Shown: one piece after another, positions 1 through 9,964 of the stretch
Layout of the letters: the number at the start of each line of letters is the position of its first letter
Numbering within the stretch: the stretch's first letter is position 1
Source of the DNA: a bacterium
Lineage (GTDB): Bacteria > UBA8248
Length of the DNA stretch: 64,000 nucleotides
Direction of reading: 5' to 3'
Assembly (NCBI GenBank): GCA_965204535.1
Contig: OZ241996.1
Span: forward strand, 1,216,001 to 1,280,000
Program-made: the position numbers and the translations under genes
Notes under the pieces: generated by a model
What the model was told of the DNA's origin: nothing
Seen by the model: the letters and a program-made list of their open reading frames with translations, nothing else
Databases searched by the model: none

Positions 1-954
1 ATGAAGGCCAACGAGGGCTGGTGGCGGGGTGAGCCTGCGATAAAAAAAGCGGTCTGGCGACCCGTGGCCGAGGCTTCGGCCCGCATAGGGGAGCTTGAGA
101 CGGGCGGGGCCGACGTCATCATGAACATCTCGCCCGATCAGTCGAAAACCATTCTGGCGAGAGAAGAGGGTCTCCAGCTTAAAGGTGCTCGGGGGGGACG
201 CAGGATTTATCTGGGGATTCGCACGGATCACGGGGTGCTCGGCGATGTTCGCGTTCGCCGGGCGCTGAACCACGCGATTGATTTCGAAGCCATCGTCAGG
301 AACGTTTTTCTGGGCCATGGCTCGCGGATGAGGAGTATCGTGAACCCTCCGAACGCCGACCCGAACATCAAGGCGTACGCCTACGATCCCCCAAAGGCGA
401 AAGCGCTCCTCACCGAAGCCGGTCTCAAGGATACGAATGGGGACGGCGTCCTGGAAGCGAATGGAAAACCGCTTGAGGTGAAACTTGAAGTGCCTGCTTC
501 CAGATATTTGAAAGGAAAGGAGGTGGCGGAATTTATAGCAGCCTATTTCCGCGACGTGGGCGTCTATGTGGAGGTGATCCCCCTGGAGTGGTCCGTTTTC
601 CTCTCCAGAAGGAGAAAAAAGACGCTGGCGCCCTTGTATTTTCACGGGTTCAGTTCCGCCTTCAACGAAGAACTCGACTTGGGTGTATTGAGGCCGAACC
701 TTTTTGCGAACCTCACCGCCTGGAGGAACCGGAAGTTTATTCAAAATTATAAGAAGTTGGGCCAGACGTTCGATCCCGCCGAGCGCAAGCGGATCAGCTA
801 CCGAATGCAGCGCATCGTTCACGAGGAAAGCCCGTGGGTGTTTTTGTGGAACCAGTATGATTTTTTCGGCTTGAGCGCGAGGACGCAGTGGACACCGAGG
901 CCGGATGAGAGAATCTACCTGCCCACGATTCGCTTGAAAGAGGCGAACGAATAG
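1..954 (+). CDS. ABC transporter substrate-binding protein, peptide/nickel (family 5, DppA/OppA-like), 5'-truncated by window edge
   Basis: Family-5 motifs DVRVRRALNHAID, YAYDPPKAKALL, DPAERKRI..MQRIVHEE; followed by a DppB-type permease. Confidence 0.9.
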   Translation: MKANEGWWRGEPAIKKAVWRPVAEASARIGELETGGADVIMNISPDQSKTILAREEGLQLKGARGGRRIYLGIRTDHGVLGDVRVRRALNHAIDFEAIVRNVFLGHGSRMRSIVNPPNADPNIKAYAYDPPKAKALLTEAGLKDTNGDGVLEANGKPLEVKLEVPASRYLKGKEVAEFIAAYFRDVGVYVEVIPLEWSVFLSRRRKKTLAPLYFHGFSSAFNEELDLGVLRPNLFANLTAWRNRKFIQNYKKLGQTFDPAERKRISYRMQRIVHEESPWVFLWNQYDFFGLSARTQWTPRPDERIYLPTIRLKEANE

Positions 955-957
955 ACG

Positions 958-1875
958 ATGAGCGCCTATCTTTTCAGAAGATTTCTTCGGGCCGTCGTGG
1001 TCGTAGTCGGCGTGAGCTTCATCTCGTTCGCCGTCTTGTTCCTATCGGGCGACCCGACCGACACCATGGTCGGCGAGGACTGGACGGTTCAGGAGGTACA
1101 GAAACTCAAAAAAGACTTGGGTCTGGACAAGCCCTGGTTCGTTCAATACACGCTCTACGTGGGCAGGGCGGTGCAGGGTGATTTCGGAGAAAGCCTGCGC
1201 TACCGCCAGCCCGCGTTCGAACTCATCATGGAGCGTCTGCCGGCGACGCTGGAACTCGCTCTCGTGGCGCTGGTTCTCTCGATCATCCTGGCGTTTCCGG
1301 TAGGAGTCATCAGCGCGACGAAACGCGGCTCTCCGTATGATCACGGGGGGATGCTGTTCGCGCTCCTGGGGCAGTCCATGCCCGTTTTCTGGCTCGGCCT
1401 GATGCTGATCCTCATCTTCGGGGTGGGCCTGAGGTGGCTGCCCGTCAGCGGAAGAAGCGGCTGGGAGCATCTGGTGCTGCCCGCCATCGCGCTTTCCACC
1501 TACTCGATTGCGAGAAACGCGCGGGTGGTTCGAAGCTCCATGCTGGAGGTTTTGCGCCATGAGTACGTGAAGACCGCCCGCGCGAAGGGACTCTCCGAGT
1601 GGGTCGTCGTCAACCTGCACGTGCTCAGGAATTCCATGATTCCTGTGATCACCATCATCGGCCTGGAATTCGGGCATCTGCTGGGGGGAGCGGTGATCGT
1701 CGAGACGATATTCTCCTGGCCGGGGGTGGGGAGGCTCCTGATTCAGGCCGTCTACGCCAAGGATTTCCCTCTGGTGCAGGCTTCGGTGACCATCACCGCT
1801 CTGATTTTCGTGTCATTGAATCTCGTTGTTGATTTGATGTATTCCGTCCTCGACCCAAGGGTGAGACTCCATTGA
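958..1875 (+). CDS. dppB: ABC peptide transporter permease (DppB/NikB-like)
   Basis: GDFGES, ERLPATLEL, EAA loop EYVKTARAKGL, ends LDPRVRL. Confidence 0.9.
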   Translation: MSAYLFRRFLRAVVVVVGVSFISFAVLFLSGDPTDTMVGEDWTVQEVQKLKKDLGLDKPWFVQYTLYVGRAVQGDFGESLRYRQPAFELIMERLPATLELALVALVLSIILAFPVGVISATKRGSPYDHGGMLFALLGQSMPVFWLGLMLILIFGVGLRWLPVSGRSGWEHLVLPAIALSTYSIARNARVVRSSMLEVLRHEYVKTARAKGLSEWVVVNLHVLRNSMIPVITIIGLEFGHLLGGAVIVETIFSWPGVGRLLIQAVYAKDFPLVQASVTITALIFVSLNLVVDLMYSVLDPRVRLH

Positions 1876-2810
1876 GCCGGACCGCGTATTTCTGGACGCC
1901 CGAATCTCTCATGCACGACAACGGCCGGCATGTGGAGAACGTCGAGCGCGCCAAACGCCTGACGCCTGAGAGAATACTCCCCCAAGTCTCGTCGCTCAGA
2001 CACATGGAGATTAAGCCTCACGACGCTAAGGAGTGGGTTCTGAGGGTGCATGAGGAATCGCACCACCGCTTCGTGCGCGAGGCGTGTGACGGCGGCAGGT
2101 GTATTCTCGATGGCGGAGATACGCTGGCAGGCCCCGGTAGCTATGAGGCCGCCCTCGCCGCTGTCGATGCGGCCCTGAGCGCGGCGGATGCCGTCGTGGG
2201 TGGGGAGGCCGATAACGCCTTTTGCGCCGCGAGGCCGCCGGGACACCACGCCTTGCCCCATCAATCCATGGGTTTTTGCCTGTTCGCCACCGTCTCCATC
2301 CTGGTTCGGTATCTGCAGGAAAAACACGGCCTCCAGAGAATCGCCGTGGTGGATTGGGACGTGCATCACGGAAACGGTACCCAGCATATCTTCTGGAGCG
2401 ACCCGGACGTGTTCTTTGTCTCCTTGCACCAGCATCCCCACTATCCGGGCACGGGGCTTGCGGGCGAGACGGGAGAAGGAGCGGGCGAGGGTGCGACGCT
2501 CAACATTCCCGTCGCGGCGGGAACGCCCGAGGAGGAATACCTGGCGAGGTTTCAGAAAAACGTCATCCCCGCCATCGAGGCGCACGGGCCCGAAGCGGTC
2601 GTCGTATCGGCGGGTTTCGACGCGCACCGGGACGACCCCCTCGGGGGGCTGGTGATCACCGAAGCCGGGTTCGCCCGTCTGACCGGGTGGGTGAAGACGC
2701 TTGCCGAAAGCCATTGCGAGGGGCGTCTCGTCTGCCTGCTCGAAGGCGGGTACAACCTCGACGCCTTGGAGCGCTCTGTCGTCGCGCACTTGCGAGAACT
2801 CTCGGGGTAA
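1872..2810 (+). CDS. Histone deacetylase / acetylpolyamine amidohydrolase family Zn deacetylase
   Basis: RPPGHH, GFC, DWDVHHGNGT, SAGFD, EGGY motifs; TTG start overlaps the permease stop (TTGA). Confidence 0.92.
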   Translation: MSRTAYFWTPESLMHDNGRHVENVERAKRLTPERILPQVSSLRHMEIKPHDAKEWVLRVHEESHHRFVREACDGGRCILDGGDTLAGPGSYEAALAAVDAALSAADAVVGGEADNAFCAARPPGHHALPHQSMGFCLFATVSILVRYLQEKHGLQRIAVVDWDVHHGNGTQHIFWSDPDVFFVSLHQHPHYPGTGLAGETGEGAGEGATLNIPVAAGTPEEEYLARFQKNVIPAIEAHGPEAVVVSAGFDAHRDDPLGGLVITEAGFARLTGWVKTLAESHCEGRLVCLLEGGYNLDALERSVVAHLRELSG

Positions 2811-2846
2811 CGATTTGCACACCGGGTTTCACAAACAGCCCCAAAA

Positions 2847-2880
2847 TTTAGTTGACTAACTAACTAAAAAGATTTATATT
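2847..2880 (+). promoter_or_regulatory. Sigma70 promoter with overlapping inverted-repeat operator for the tetR-htrA-copA-copZ operon
   Basis: TTGACT (2852-2857)-N17-TATATT (2875-2880); inverted repeat TTTAGTT-N8-AACTAAA (2847-2868) covers the -35 box. Confidence 0.75.
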
Positions 2881-2954
2881 CCATGTAGCTTGTGGGACGG
2901 ACTTCGGCGTATTGGTTCGACGAGTTGGGTTTTCAACTTACCGGGGGAGAGGGT

Positions 2955-3587
2955 ATGGCAGTGGCGACGGCGACGCCCAAAGGCCCCAAGGCGTCCGCTA
3001 CGAAACAGAAAATCATCGAAGCGGCCGCGCGGCTCGTCTATCACAGAGGGTTTCACGCCACGTCGCTCGATATGGTGGCGCAGGCCGCCGGGGTGAACCG
3101 GGGGAGTCTGTACTATTTTTTCCGCTCCAAGAAGAACCTGGGACTCGCCGTCATCGATCACTACGAATCGCTTCTTCATCAAAACTATCTTTCCCCCTCA
3201 TTTGACACCAGGGCGAAGGGAAACGAGAAAATAAGGCGGCTGGCGGAATCCTACGCCCGCATGCCGATTCAGGATTCCCCGTGCTGCGGATGCCCTATCG
3301 GGAACCTTTCGCTCGAACTCAGCGCCATAGATGAGGAGTTGCGCGTGCGGCTGAAAGGGGTGTGGGAGGGGGTTTTCGAGAGGATCGCCCACGTATTGGC
3401 GCAGTCCAAAGAGGAAGGCGACCTTCCGGGGCATATTGAGCCGCTCGCGTATGCCCGTTCTTTTTTCTCGCAGATGCAGGGCGCGCATATCATCGCGCGG
3501 TGTTCACAGGATGAGGCGTCTTTGCGCGGAGACTGCGAGCGCGCCTTCATGAGCCTGCCCTGGACGCGGAAAGGGGAGTCGGAATGA
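2955..3587 (+). CDS. TetR/AcrR family regulator (LmrA/YxaF/NemR-like C-domain) with CCGC motif
   Basis: HTH GFHATSLDMVAQAAGVNRGSLYYFF.SK; GCPIGNL.LE; ATG at 2955 chosen after GGAGAGGG. Confidence 0.9.
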   Translation: MAVATATPKGPKASATKQKIIEAAARLVYHRGFHATSLDMVAQAAGVNRGSLYYFFRSKKNLGLAVIDHYESLLHQNYLSPSFDTRAKGNEKIRRLAESYARMPIQDSPCCGCPIGNLSLELSAIDEELRVRLKGVWEGVFERIAHVLAQSKEEGDLPGHIEPLAYARSFFSQMQGAHIIARCSQDEASLRGDCERAFMSLPWTRKGESE

Positions 3588-4732
3588 ACGGGGGAGGTCG
3601 TGAATTCAGGCGCGGTGGTCCCGTCTATTCCAGCGGATGGGGATGGCTCGTCTGGTGTGTTTTCTTGCTGGGCGTCGTCCTTGCATGGCTGTTCGCAAGG
3701 GGCTATTTTGACAACCTCCACGATCCGGACGCCGTGCCCCGCGTCGTCACCCCGCGAGGGGACCTCGCCGCCGAGGAAAAATCCAACATAGAGCTTTTCC
3801 GCCTCTCCTCCCCGTCGGTCGTCTACATTACGCGGCTGACGATGAGGCGCGACAGGTTCAGTCTCAATTTGTTCGAGATTCCCCAAGGCACGGGTTCGGG
3901 CTTCGTCTGGAACGATCAGGGCCACGTCATCACGAATTTTCACGTCATTCAGGGGGCGAGCGCCCTGCGCGTCACCCTGGCGGATAATTCCGAGTGGGAT
4001 GCGCGCGTGGTGGGCATGGCGCCGGATCAGGATTTGGCGGTTCTCTTCATCAACGCGCCGAGGGATCGCTTGAAGCCAATCGCCGTCGGGCAGTCCGCCA
4101 ATTTACAAGTGGGCCAGCGGGTGTTCGCCATCGGCAATCCTTTCGGGCTGGACCAGACGCTCACGACGGGAATCATCAGCGCCCTGGGGAGGGAGATCAA
4201 CGCCGTGTCGGGCCGCAAGATCAGCGGCGTCATCCAGACCGACGCCGCGATCAATCCGGGCAATTCCGGGGGGCCTCTGCTGGACAGCGCAGGTCGTCTG
4301 ATAGGCGTCAACACCGCCATTTTCAGCCCCTCAGGCTCCAACGCAGGCATCGGTTTCGCGGTTCCCGTGGATACGGTGAACAGGGTCGTTCCCCAGTTGC
4401 TCCGTCATGGGCGCGTCATCCGGCCGGGTCTCGGCATCCACGTGGCCGACAGGAGTACGGCGGAGCGCTTCGGAATACGGGGCGTTCTGATCATCCGTGT
4501 GCAGAAGGGCAGCGCGGCGGAAGGCGCGGGGTTGCGAGGCACCGGCAGGAACCGGGAAGGCCGCCTCGTGCTCGGCGACGTGATTGTCGGCGTGGGAGAG
4601 CGCTCCATCACCTCGCTCAATGACTTGTTGGACGCTCTCGATACCCACAAAGTGGGCGACGTCGTGGAAGTGCGCCTGATGCGCGAGGGTAGCGAGATGA
4701 ACGTAAGCGTAAAACTTCAGGCCCTGGGCTAG
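3584..4732 (+). CDS. HtrA/DegP-family serine protease (N-terminal TM, trypsin domain, one PDZ)
   Basis: Catalytic triad motifs TNFHV, QDLAV, GNSGG; IQTDAAIN; PDZ GDVIV. Confidence 0.95.
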   Translation: MNGGGREFRRGGPVYSSGWGWLVWCVFLLGVVLAWLFARGYFDNLHDPDAVPRVVTPRGDLAAEEKSNIELFRLSSPSVVYITRLTMRRDRFSLNLFEIPQGTGSGFVWNDQGHVITNFHVIQGASALRVTLADNSEWDARVVGMAPDQDLAVLFINAPRDRLKPIAVGQSANLQVGQRVFAIGNPFGLDQTLTTGIISALGREINAVSGRKISGVIQTDAAINPGNSGGPLLDSAGRLIGVNTAIFSPSGSNAGIGFAVPVDTVNRVVPQLLRHGRVIRPGLGIHVADRSTAERFGIRGVLIIRVQKGSAAEGAGLRGTGRNREGRLVLGDVIVGVGERSITSLNDLLDALDTHKVGDVVEVRLMREGSEMNVSVKLQALG

Positions 4733-4741
4733 GAGTGTGGC

Positions 4742-7141
4742 ATGTCGATAAATTCCATTCCTGAAACATTGGAAATTCCGGTCGAGGGCATGTCGTGCGC
4801 GGCATGTTCCGCGAGGCTTGAAAAACGGCTCGGCGCGCTCGACGGCGTATTGCGCGCGAACGTGAATCTGGCGCTCGCGCGCGCGCAGGTCGAGTTCGTT
4901 CCCGCCCAGGTCACGCCCGCCGACATCACCAAAAGAGTGGAGAAGACCGGGTTCCGCGTTCCGCATTCTCACGTCGAGTTCACGATAGAAGGGGTGGAGG
5001 ACGAGGCGGACGCCGCTGCCCTGGAGGAGCAATTGAGCGTGCTCGATGGCGTCGTCTCCGCCAGCGTGGACCTCTCGAAGGCCCAAGGCCGTGTCGAGTT
5101 CCAGCCGGCCATCGTTAACGCCGATGAGATTTTGAATCATGTGGCCAGGGCGGGATATTCGACCCGCCCGGTGATGGATGAGGAACAGGATACGGAGAAA
5201 CTGAAACGAGAGCGCGAATTCAGGAAAAGCGTGCGTCTGCTCATGCTCTCAGCGGTTTTGTCCGCACCGCTTCTCATACAGATGGTTGGCATGTTTCCGG
5301 GCGCGGGGGGCTGGGAGTTGCCCAGATGGTGGCAGTTCGCGCTCGCTACGCCCGTGCAGTTTATCGTGGGCTGGCGGTTCTACCGGGGCGCGTATCATAC
5401 GCTCATGGGCGGCGGCGCGAACATGGACGTGCTCGTTGCTCTGGGTACGAGCGCTGCCTGGCTGCACAGCAGCGTGGTGACGCTAATGGGTTTGAGCGGG
5501 CATCATGTGTATTTCGAGGCGTCCGCTGTCCTGATCACGCTCATCGTGCTCGGAAAGGTGCTCGAAGAGCGCGCCATGGGCAGAACTTCTGAGGCTATCA
5601 AGAAACTCATGGGCCTTCAGGCGAAGACGGCGCGGGTGCTCCGCGACGGAGAAGAGCGCGAGGTTCCCGTGGGCGAGGTCCGCGTGAACGAGGTCGTGAT
5701 GGTGCGCCCGGGTGAGAAATACCCCGTGGACGGCATCATCCTTGAGGGCATGACTTCCGCCGATGAATCCATGCTGACGGGCGAGAGCGTGCCCGTGGCG
5801 AAAGGTGTGGACGACGCGGTCACCGGGGCCACGCTCAACATCGACGGGGCGGTGATGTTCCGGGCCACCAAGGTGGGAAAAGATACGGTGCTGGCCCAGA
5901 TCATCCGCATGGTGGAGCAGGCGCAGGGCTCCAAGGCGCCGATTCAGCGCACTGCGGACAGGGTTTCGGGCATATTCGTGCCCATCGTGCTGGGAATCGC
6001 TCTCGTCACATACATTCTTTGGGACTTTATGGGGCCGTTCACGCCCGCGCTCATCAACGCCGTCGCCGTTTTGGTCATCGCCTGTCCGTGCGCCCTGGGA
6101 TTAGCGACGCCTACGGCCATCATGGTGGGCACCGGGAAAGGGGCTGAGGCCGGGGTTTTGATCAAGGGCGGCGAATCCCTGGAGACGGCGCACAGGCTCG
6201 ACGCCGTCATTTTGGATAAAACGGGCACGCTGACCAAGGGGTCGCCCGTGGTGACGGATATTTTGCCGCTTGGCGGACTCTCCCAAGAGGAGTTGCTCAG
6301 GCTCGCGGCGAGCGCGGAGCGGGGTTCTGAGCATCCGCTGGGCAAATCGATAGTCGATGAGGCGGGGGCGCGAGGCGTTGAATTGCTCGAGATGCGGGAT
6401 TTTCGCGCCTTTCCGGGGCATGGCCTGGAAGCGGAGGTGGGAGGGCGGAAAATTTATCTGGGCAACGAGAAGTTCATGGCGGAGCATGGTGTGGACGCGC
6501 CCGGGTCTGTCGATGAGATTCGCCGCTTCGAATCGGAGGGGAAAACAGTCGTTCTCGTCGCCGATGACGGGGGCCTGCTGGGCGTCATCGGCGTCGCCGA
6601 TTCCTTGAGGGAAAACTCGGCGGAAGCTGTTGCTGCTCTCCAGGGCATGGGAGTCGAGGTCTACATGTTGACGGGCGACAACGAGCGCACGGCGCAAACC
6701 ATAGCGGCCGAAGCGGGCATTTCTCACGTGATGGCGGACGTGATGCCGGACGAAAAGGCGGCGATGGTGCAACGGCTTAAACGAGAAGGCAAAAAGGTGG
6801 GCATGGTGGGTGACGGCATCAACGACGCCCCGGCGTTGGCCGCCGCGGACGTGGGCTTCGCCATCGGCTCGGGCACGGACATCGCGATGGAGGCGTCGGA
6901 CATCACCTTGATGCAGGGCGATCTGATGGGCGTCGTGGCGGGAGTTCACCTCTCAAAGACCGTGATGCGAAAAATCCGCCAGAACCTTTTCTGGGCGTTT
7001 TTCTACAACATTCTGGGCATTCCCCTGGCGGCGTTCGGGTTTTTGAGCCCCATCGTCGCGGGGGCGGCCATGGCGTTCAGCTCCGTATCCGTCGTGTCGA
7101 ACACCTTGTTGCTCAGAAACTGGAGACCGGTTCGTTCATAA
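4742..7141 (+). CDS. copA: Cu(I)-exporting P1B-1 ATPase
   Basis: GMSCAAC metal-binding domain, TGES, ACPCALG, DKTGT, SEHP, GDGIND, YN and MAFSS motifs. Confidence 0.95.
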   Translation: MSINSIPETLEIPVEGMSCAACSARLEKRLGALDGVLRANVNLALARAQVEFVPAQVTPADITKRVEKTGFRVPHSHVEFTIEGVEDEADAAALEEQLSVLDGVVSASVDLSKAQGRVEFQPAIVNADEILNHVARAGYSTRPVMDEEQDTEKLKREREFRKSVRLLMLSAVLSAPLLIQMVGMFPGAGGWELPRWWQFALATPVQFIVGWRFYRGAYHTLMGGGANMDVLVALGTSAAWLHSSVVTLMGLSGHHVYFEASAVLITLIVLGKVLEERAMGRTSEAIKKLMGLQAKTARVLRDGEEREVPVGEVRVNEVVMVRPGEKYPVDGIILEGMTSADESMLTGESVPVAKGVDDAVTGATLNIDGAVMFRATKVGKDTVLAQIIRMVEQAQGSKAPIQRTADRVSGIFVPIVLGIALVTYILWDFMGPFTPALINAVAVLVIACPCALGLATPTAIMVGTGKGAEAGVLIKGGESLETAHRLDAVILDKTGTLTKGSPVVTDILPLGGLSQEELLRLAASAERGSEHPLGKSIVDEAGARGVELLEMRDFRAFPGHGLEAEVGGRKIYLGNEKFMAEHGVDAPGSVDEIRRFESEGKTVVLVADDGGLLGVIGVADSLRENSAEAVAALQGMGVEVYMLTGDNERTAQTIAAEAGISHVMADVMPDEKAAMVQRLKREGKKVGMVGDGINDAPALAAADVGFAIGSGTDIAMEASDITLMQGDLMGVVAGVHLSKTVMRKIRQNLFWAFFYNILGIPLAAFGFLSPIVAGAAMAFSSVSVVSNTLLLRNWRPVRS

Positions 7142-7207
7142 GGTGTGGACCAGATCCGAATGTGGGCTTGGGTGCTGGAGACTCGATTTTTCTTGGAGAA
7201 ACATGAA

Positions 7208-7414
7208 ATGGCCAAAATGGAGATAATCGTAGGCGGGATGAGTTGCGGGATGTGCCAATCCGCAGTCCAGGAGGCGCTAAGCGGTGTGGAAGGTGTGGCC
7301 GAAGCCGCCGTCGATCTGGAAGGGGGCAGGGCGACTGTCGTTTTCGATGAGGGGAAGACAAACCTCGACGCATTGCGCGCCGCCGTTGAAGACGCCGGAT
7401 TTGATGCAGGGTAA
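7208..7414 (+). CDS. copZ: Copper chaperone (HMA domain)
   Basis: GGMSCGMC..AV..AL..VEGV..A.VDL; ATG 7208 after GGAGA; follows copA. Confidence 0.9.
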   Translation: MAKMEIIVGGMSCGMCQSAVQEALSGVEGVAEAAVDLEGGRATVVFDEGKTNLDALRAAVEDAGFDAG

Positions 7415-7485
7415 GGCGCAAATTAACAGATATTTATGTGTTGTATATAAAGTAGATTCTCGGTTCCCGTGCTTCGCTCTCGGCC

Positions 7486-8109
7486 CTATCTTGGCTGTCC
7501 GTCCTGAAAACTTCTCTCCAGAAATTCCCCGAGCGTGCACTGCCAAAAGCCGTTTAAGCGGCCGATGGGACCTAGTTTTTTCATGTCGATGTACCCGCCC
7601 GTCATGATGTCCGGGTTGACGTGGAAATAAACGACTTCTCCGATCAGGAGGGGGTGCTTGTTCGGTCCGAGTTCGAAGACGTTGTGGGTCTTGCACTCGA
7701 AGTGAATGGGCGCGTCCTTGATGCGCGGCGCCTTCACCTTCCTTGCGGGTATCGGCTCAAGGCCGGTGGCGTCGAATTCGCTTTCCTCCGCCGGGATTCC
7801 GTTCGCCGTGTCCACCATCTGCTCCCAATGGCGGTGAGTGACGACGTTGAAGCAGAATTCCCCGGTTTCCTGCGCGTTGATGAGGGTGTGCTTCTTGGTG
7901 CCGTCGGGGTTTCTCGCCACGGTGAGCGATATCATCGGCGGCGCCACGCACACGCAGGTGAAGAAGCTGAAGGGCGCGATGTTGTGGACCCCCTCCTGGC
8001 TGATGGACGACGCCCAGCCGATGGGGCGCGGGACGATGGAGCCCGTGAGCAGGCGGTAAATCTCGCGCCTCTCTATCTCGTCGGGGTCGAATTCCAGGTA
8101 TTCGCTCAT
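7486..8109 (-). CDS. Flavin reductase-like FMN-binding protein (DIM6/NTAB family)
   Basis: IVPRPIGW, NIAPFSFF, HTLIN..ETGEF, ESEF, HFEC motifs. Confidence 0.88.
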   Translation of the reverse strand: MSEYLEFDPDEIERREIYRLLTGSIVPRPIGWASSISQEGVHNIAPFSFFTCVCVAPPMISLTVARNPDGTKKHTLINAQETGEFCFNVVTHRHWEQMVDTANGIPAEESEFDATGLEPIPARKVKAPRIKDAPIHFECKTHNVFELGPNKHPLLIGEVVYFHVNPDIMTGGYIDMKKLGPIGRLNGFWQCTLGEFLERSFQDGQPR

Positions 8110-8152
8110 CACATTCCTCAAAATGGCTTGAAGCGCGCAAGAATCACGTCAT

Positions 8153-8920
8153 TTACGACATGTAGCGTCCCGCGTTCACGGCGATGGTCTGGCCCGTGAG
8201 GTAGGCGGATTCGGGCGAGGCCAGCATGAGCACCCAGCCCACCATGTCGTCCACGTCGGCGATGCGGCCCAGGAGCGTGCCCTTGCCGATCATCTCGCGC
8301 TGTTCTTCCGAGCGCACCGCGATGACGCGCTCTGTCGCCGTCGTTCCCGGTGCGATGGCGTTCACGCGCACGTTGTATTGCCCAAGCTCGTAGGCGAGGA
8401 CGCGGGTTAAGGCGTGGACGCCCGCCTTGGCCGCCGCGTAGGGCGGGGAAGACGGCTGGAGCGTGGTGATTCCCGACATGGAGCCCAGGTTGATCACGCA
8501 GCCGCCCTTTTGCTTCTCGAAAACGGGCGTGAGGTATTTAGAGGTCAGAAACACGCTCTTCAGGTTCCTGTCCACCACGGCGTCCCACTCGTCTTCCGAC
8601 GTATCGCCCGTGGATAACTGCTGGTGAAAGCCGCCGGCAGAATTGACGAAAATATCGATAGCGCCCGCCTCATTCACGATGCGCCCTATCATCTGTTTCA
8701 CGGCCACCGAGTCCGTGAGGTCGCAGTCGATGAAGGTGGCGTCGCCCCCGTTCTCGCGGATGCCGGCGGCGGCCGCCTCGCCGAGTTCGACGTCGATGTC
8801 GACGAGATAGGCCTTGGCGCCCGCCTCGGCGAACCGCTCCGCCGACCCCTTGCCGATACCGCGCGACGCGCCCGTGACGACGGCGACCTGTCCGGAAAAA
8901 TCAAAGTTCGTTTTGCCCAT
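8153..8920 (-). CDS. Short-chain dehydrogenase/reductase (FabG-like)
   Basis: TGASRGIG, NSAG, YAAAK, NAIAPG. Confidence 0.92.
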   Translation of the reverse strand: MGKTNFDFSGQVAVVTGASRGIGKGSAERFAEAGAKAYLVDIDVELGEAAAAGIRENGGDATFIDCDLTDSVAVKQMIGRIVNEAGAIDIFVNSAGGFHQQLSTGDTSEDEWDAVVDRNLKSVFLTSKYLTPVFEKQKGGCVINLGSMSGITTLQPSSPPYAAAKAGVHALTRVLAYELGQYNVRVNAIAPGTTATERVIAVRSEEQREMIGKGTLLGRIADVDDMVGWVLMLASPESAYLTGQTIAVNAGRYMS

Positions 8921-8949
8921 GAAACACTCTCCTTAACGATAATAAACCT

Positions 8950-9756
8950 TTACGCTCTCAGGAATTTCAGTACACGCTCGTTGAAAATACCGGGTTGCTC
9001 CCACTGGGCCATGTGCCCGGCGTCCGGAATAATCCCTAGTTCTGCATGGGGGGCGGCTTTTTGGCAAGCGCGCTGTCGTTCCTCCGGCGTGGGGTAGGCG
9101 ATTACGTCGGCGTCTCCCCACAAGATGAGCAACGGCATGGAACACGCCGGAAGCAGGTCGGGCAGGTAGGGTTCCCGGTTCATGGCGTAGATGTTCATCC
9201 TCGAATTCTTGAGGTTCGTCCATGCCTGGGAGAGGTACGCCTCATCCGCACAGGCCGGATTTTTGAACATCAGCGCTTTTTGGTTGTGGACGAACACCGC
9301 GTACTTCTCCTCGGGGCTCATCTCCCTGGTGGCACGGCGCTCGTCGCCGAGCCTGACGGCGCCCGTTATCCCTAGCCCTCCGGGCCCCAGCAAAACGAGT
9401 TTTTTGAACCTGGAGGCGTTTTCCCGGCAATACGTCACGCTCATGGTCGCGCCGAACGAAAATGCCACACAGGGGCACTCTTCGATTCCCAGCCCGTCGA
9501 GCAGGCGCCCGATGCCCTGCGTTACGGAGGAGGCCGTGTGCGGCTTGGGCGGCCGGTAGCTTTCTCCGAAGGCGGGGAGATCGATCGCCAGGGTGCGGTA
9601 GTGCTTGGCGAAGAAGGCTTGATTTTTCGCCCAGTGGTTCGCCGCCCCGAAGCCGCCGTGCACGAGGAGCAGGGGTTCTTTATCGCCGTCCCCCGCCTCG
9701 ATATAGGCGAGCGGGCCGTCGGGAGTTTGCATTGCTTTGGATATGAGACGAGCCAC
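8950..9756 (-). CDS. Alpha/beta hydrolase (MhpC/BphD-like fold)
   Basis: LVHGG, DLPAFGES, nucleophile elbow AFSFGA, WGDAD, GHMAQWE; GTG 9756 after AAGGA (ORF open to 9798). Confidence 0.85.
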   Translation of the reverse strand: MARLISKAMQTPDGPLAYIEAGDGDKEPLLLVHGGFGAANHWAKNQAFFAKHYRTLAIDLPAFGESYRPPKPHTASSVTQGIGRLLDGLGIEECPCVAFSFGATMSVTYCRENASRFKKLVLLGPGGLGITGAVRLGDERRATREMSPEEKYAVFVHNQKALMFKNPACADEAYLSQAWTNLKNSRMNIYAMNREPYLPDLLPACSMPLLILWGDADVIAYPTPEERQRACQKAAPHAELGIIPDAGHMAQWEQPGIFNERVLKFLRA

Positions 9757-9964
9757 TGAGCGTCCTTTGCCGTGTGACGATTTTGGGGAGGCTATCACTT
9801 TTTAGACAAAGGTGTGTAGCCGGTTCGGGGTTTTTGGCTGGCGGATGTTGTTTGTTCCGAATCCGTGATATGGAGATTTGCTCGATTATATTTGATACGT
9901 CGAAGATTTAAGGGAGATGCGGACTTCAGAAGATAGGAAGCACGACTCTCGGGCGCATGGCGTC

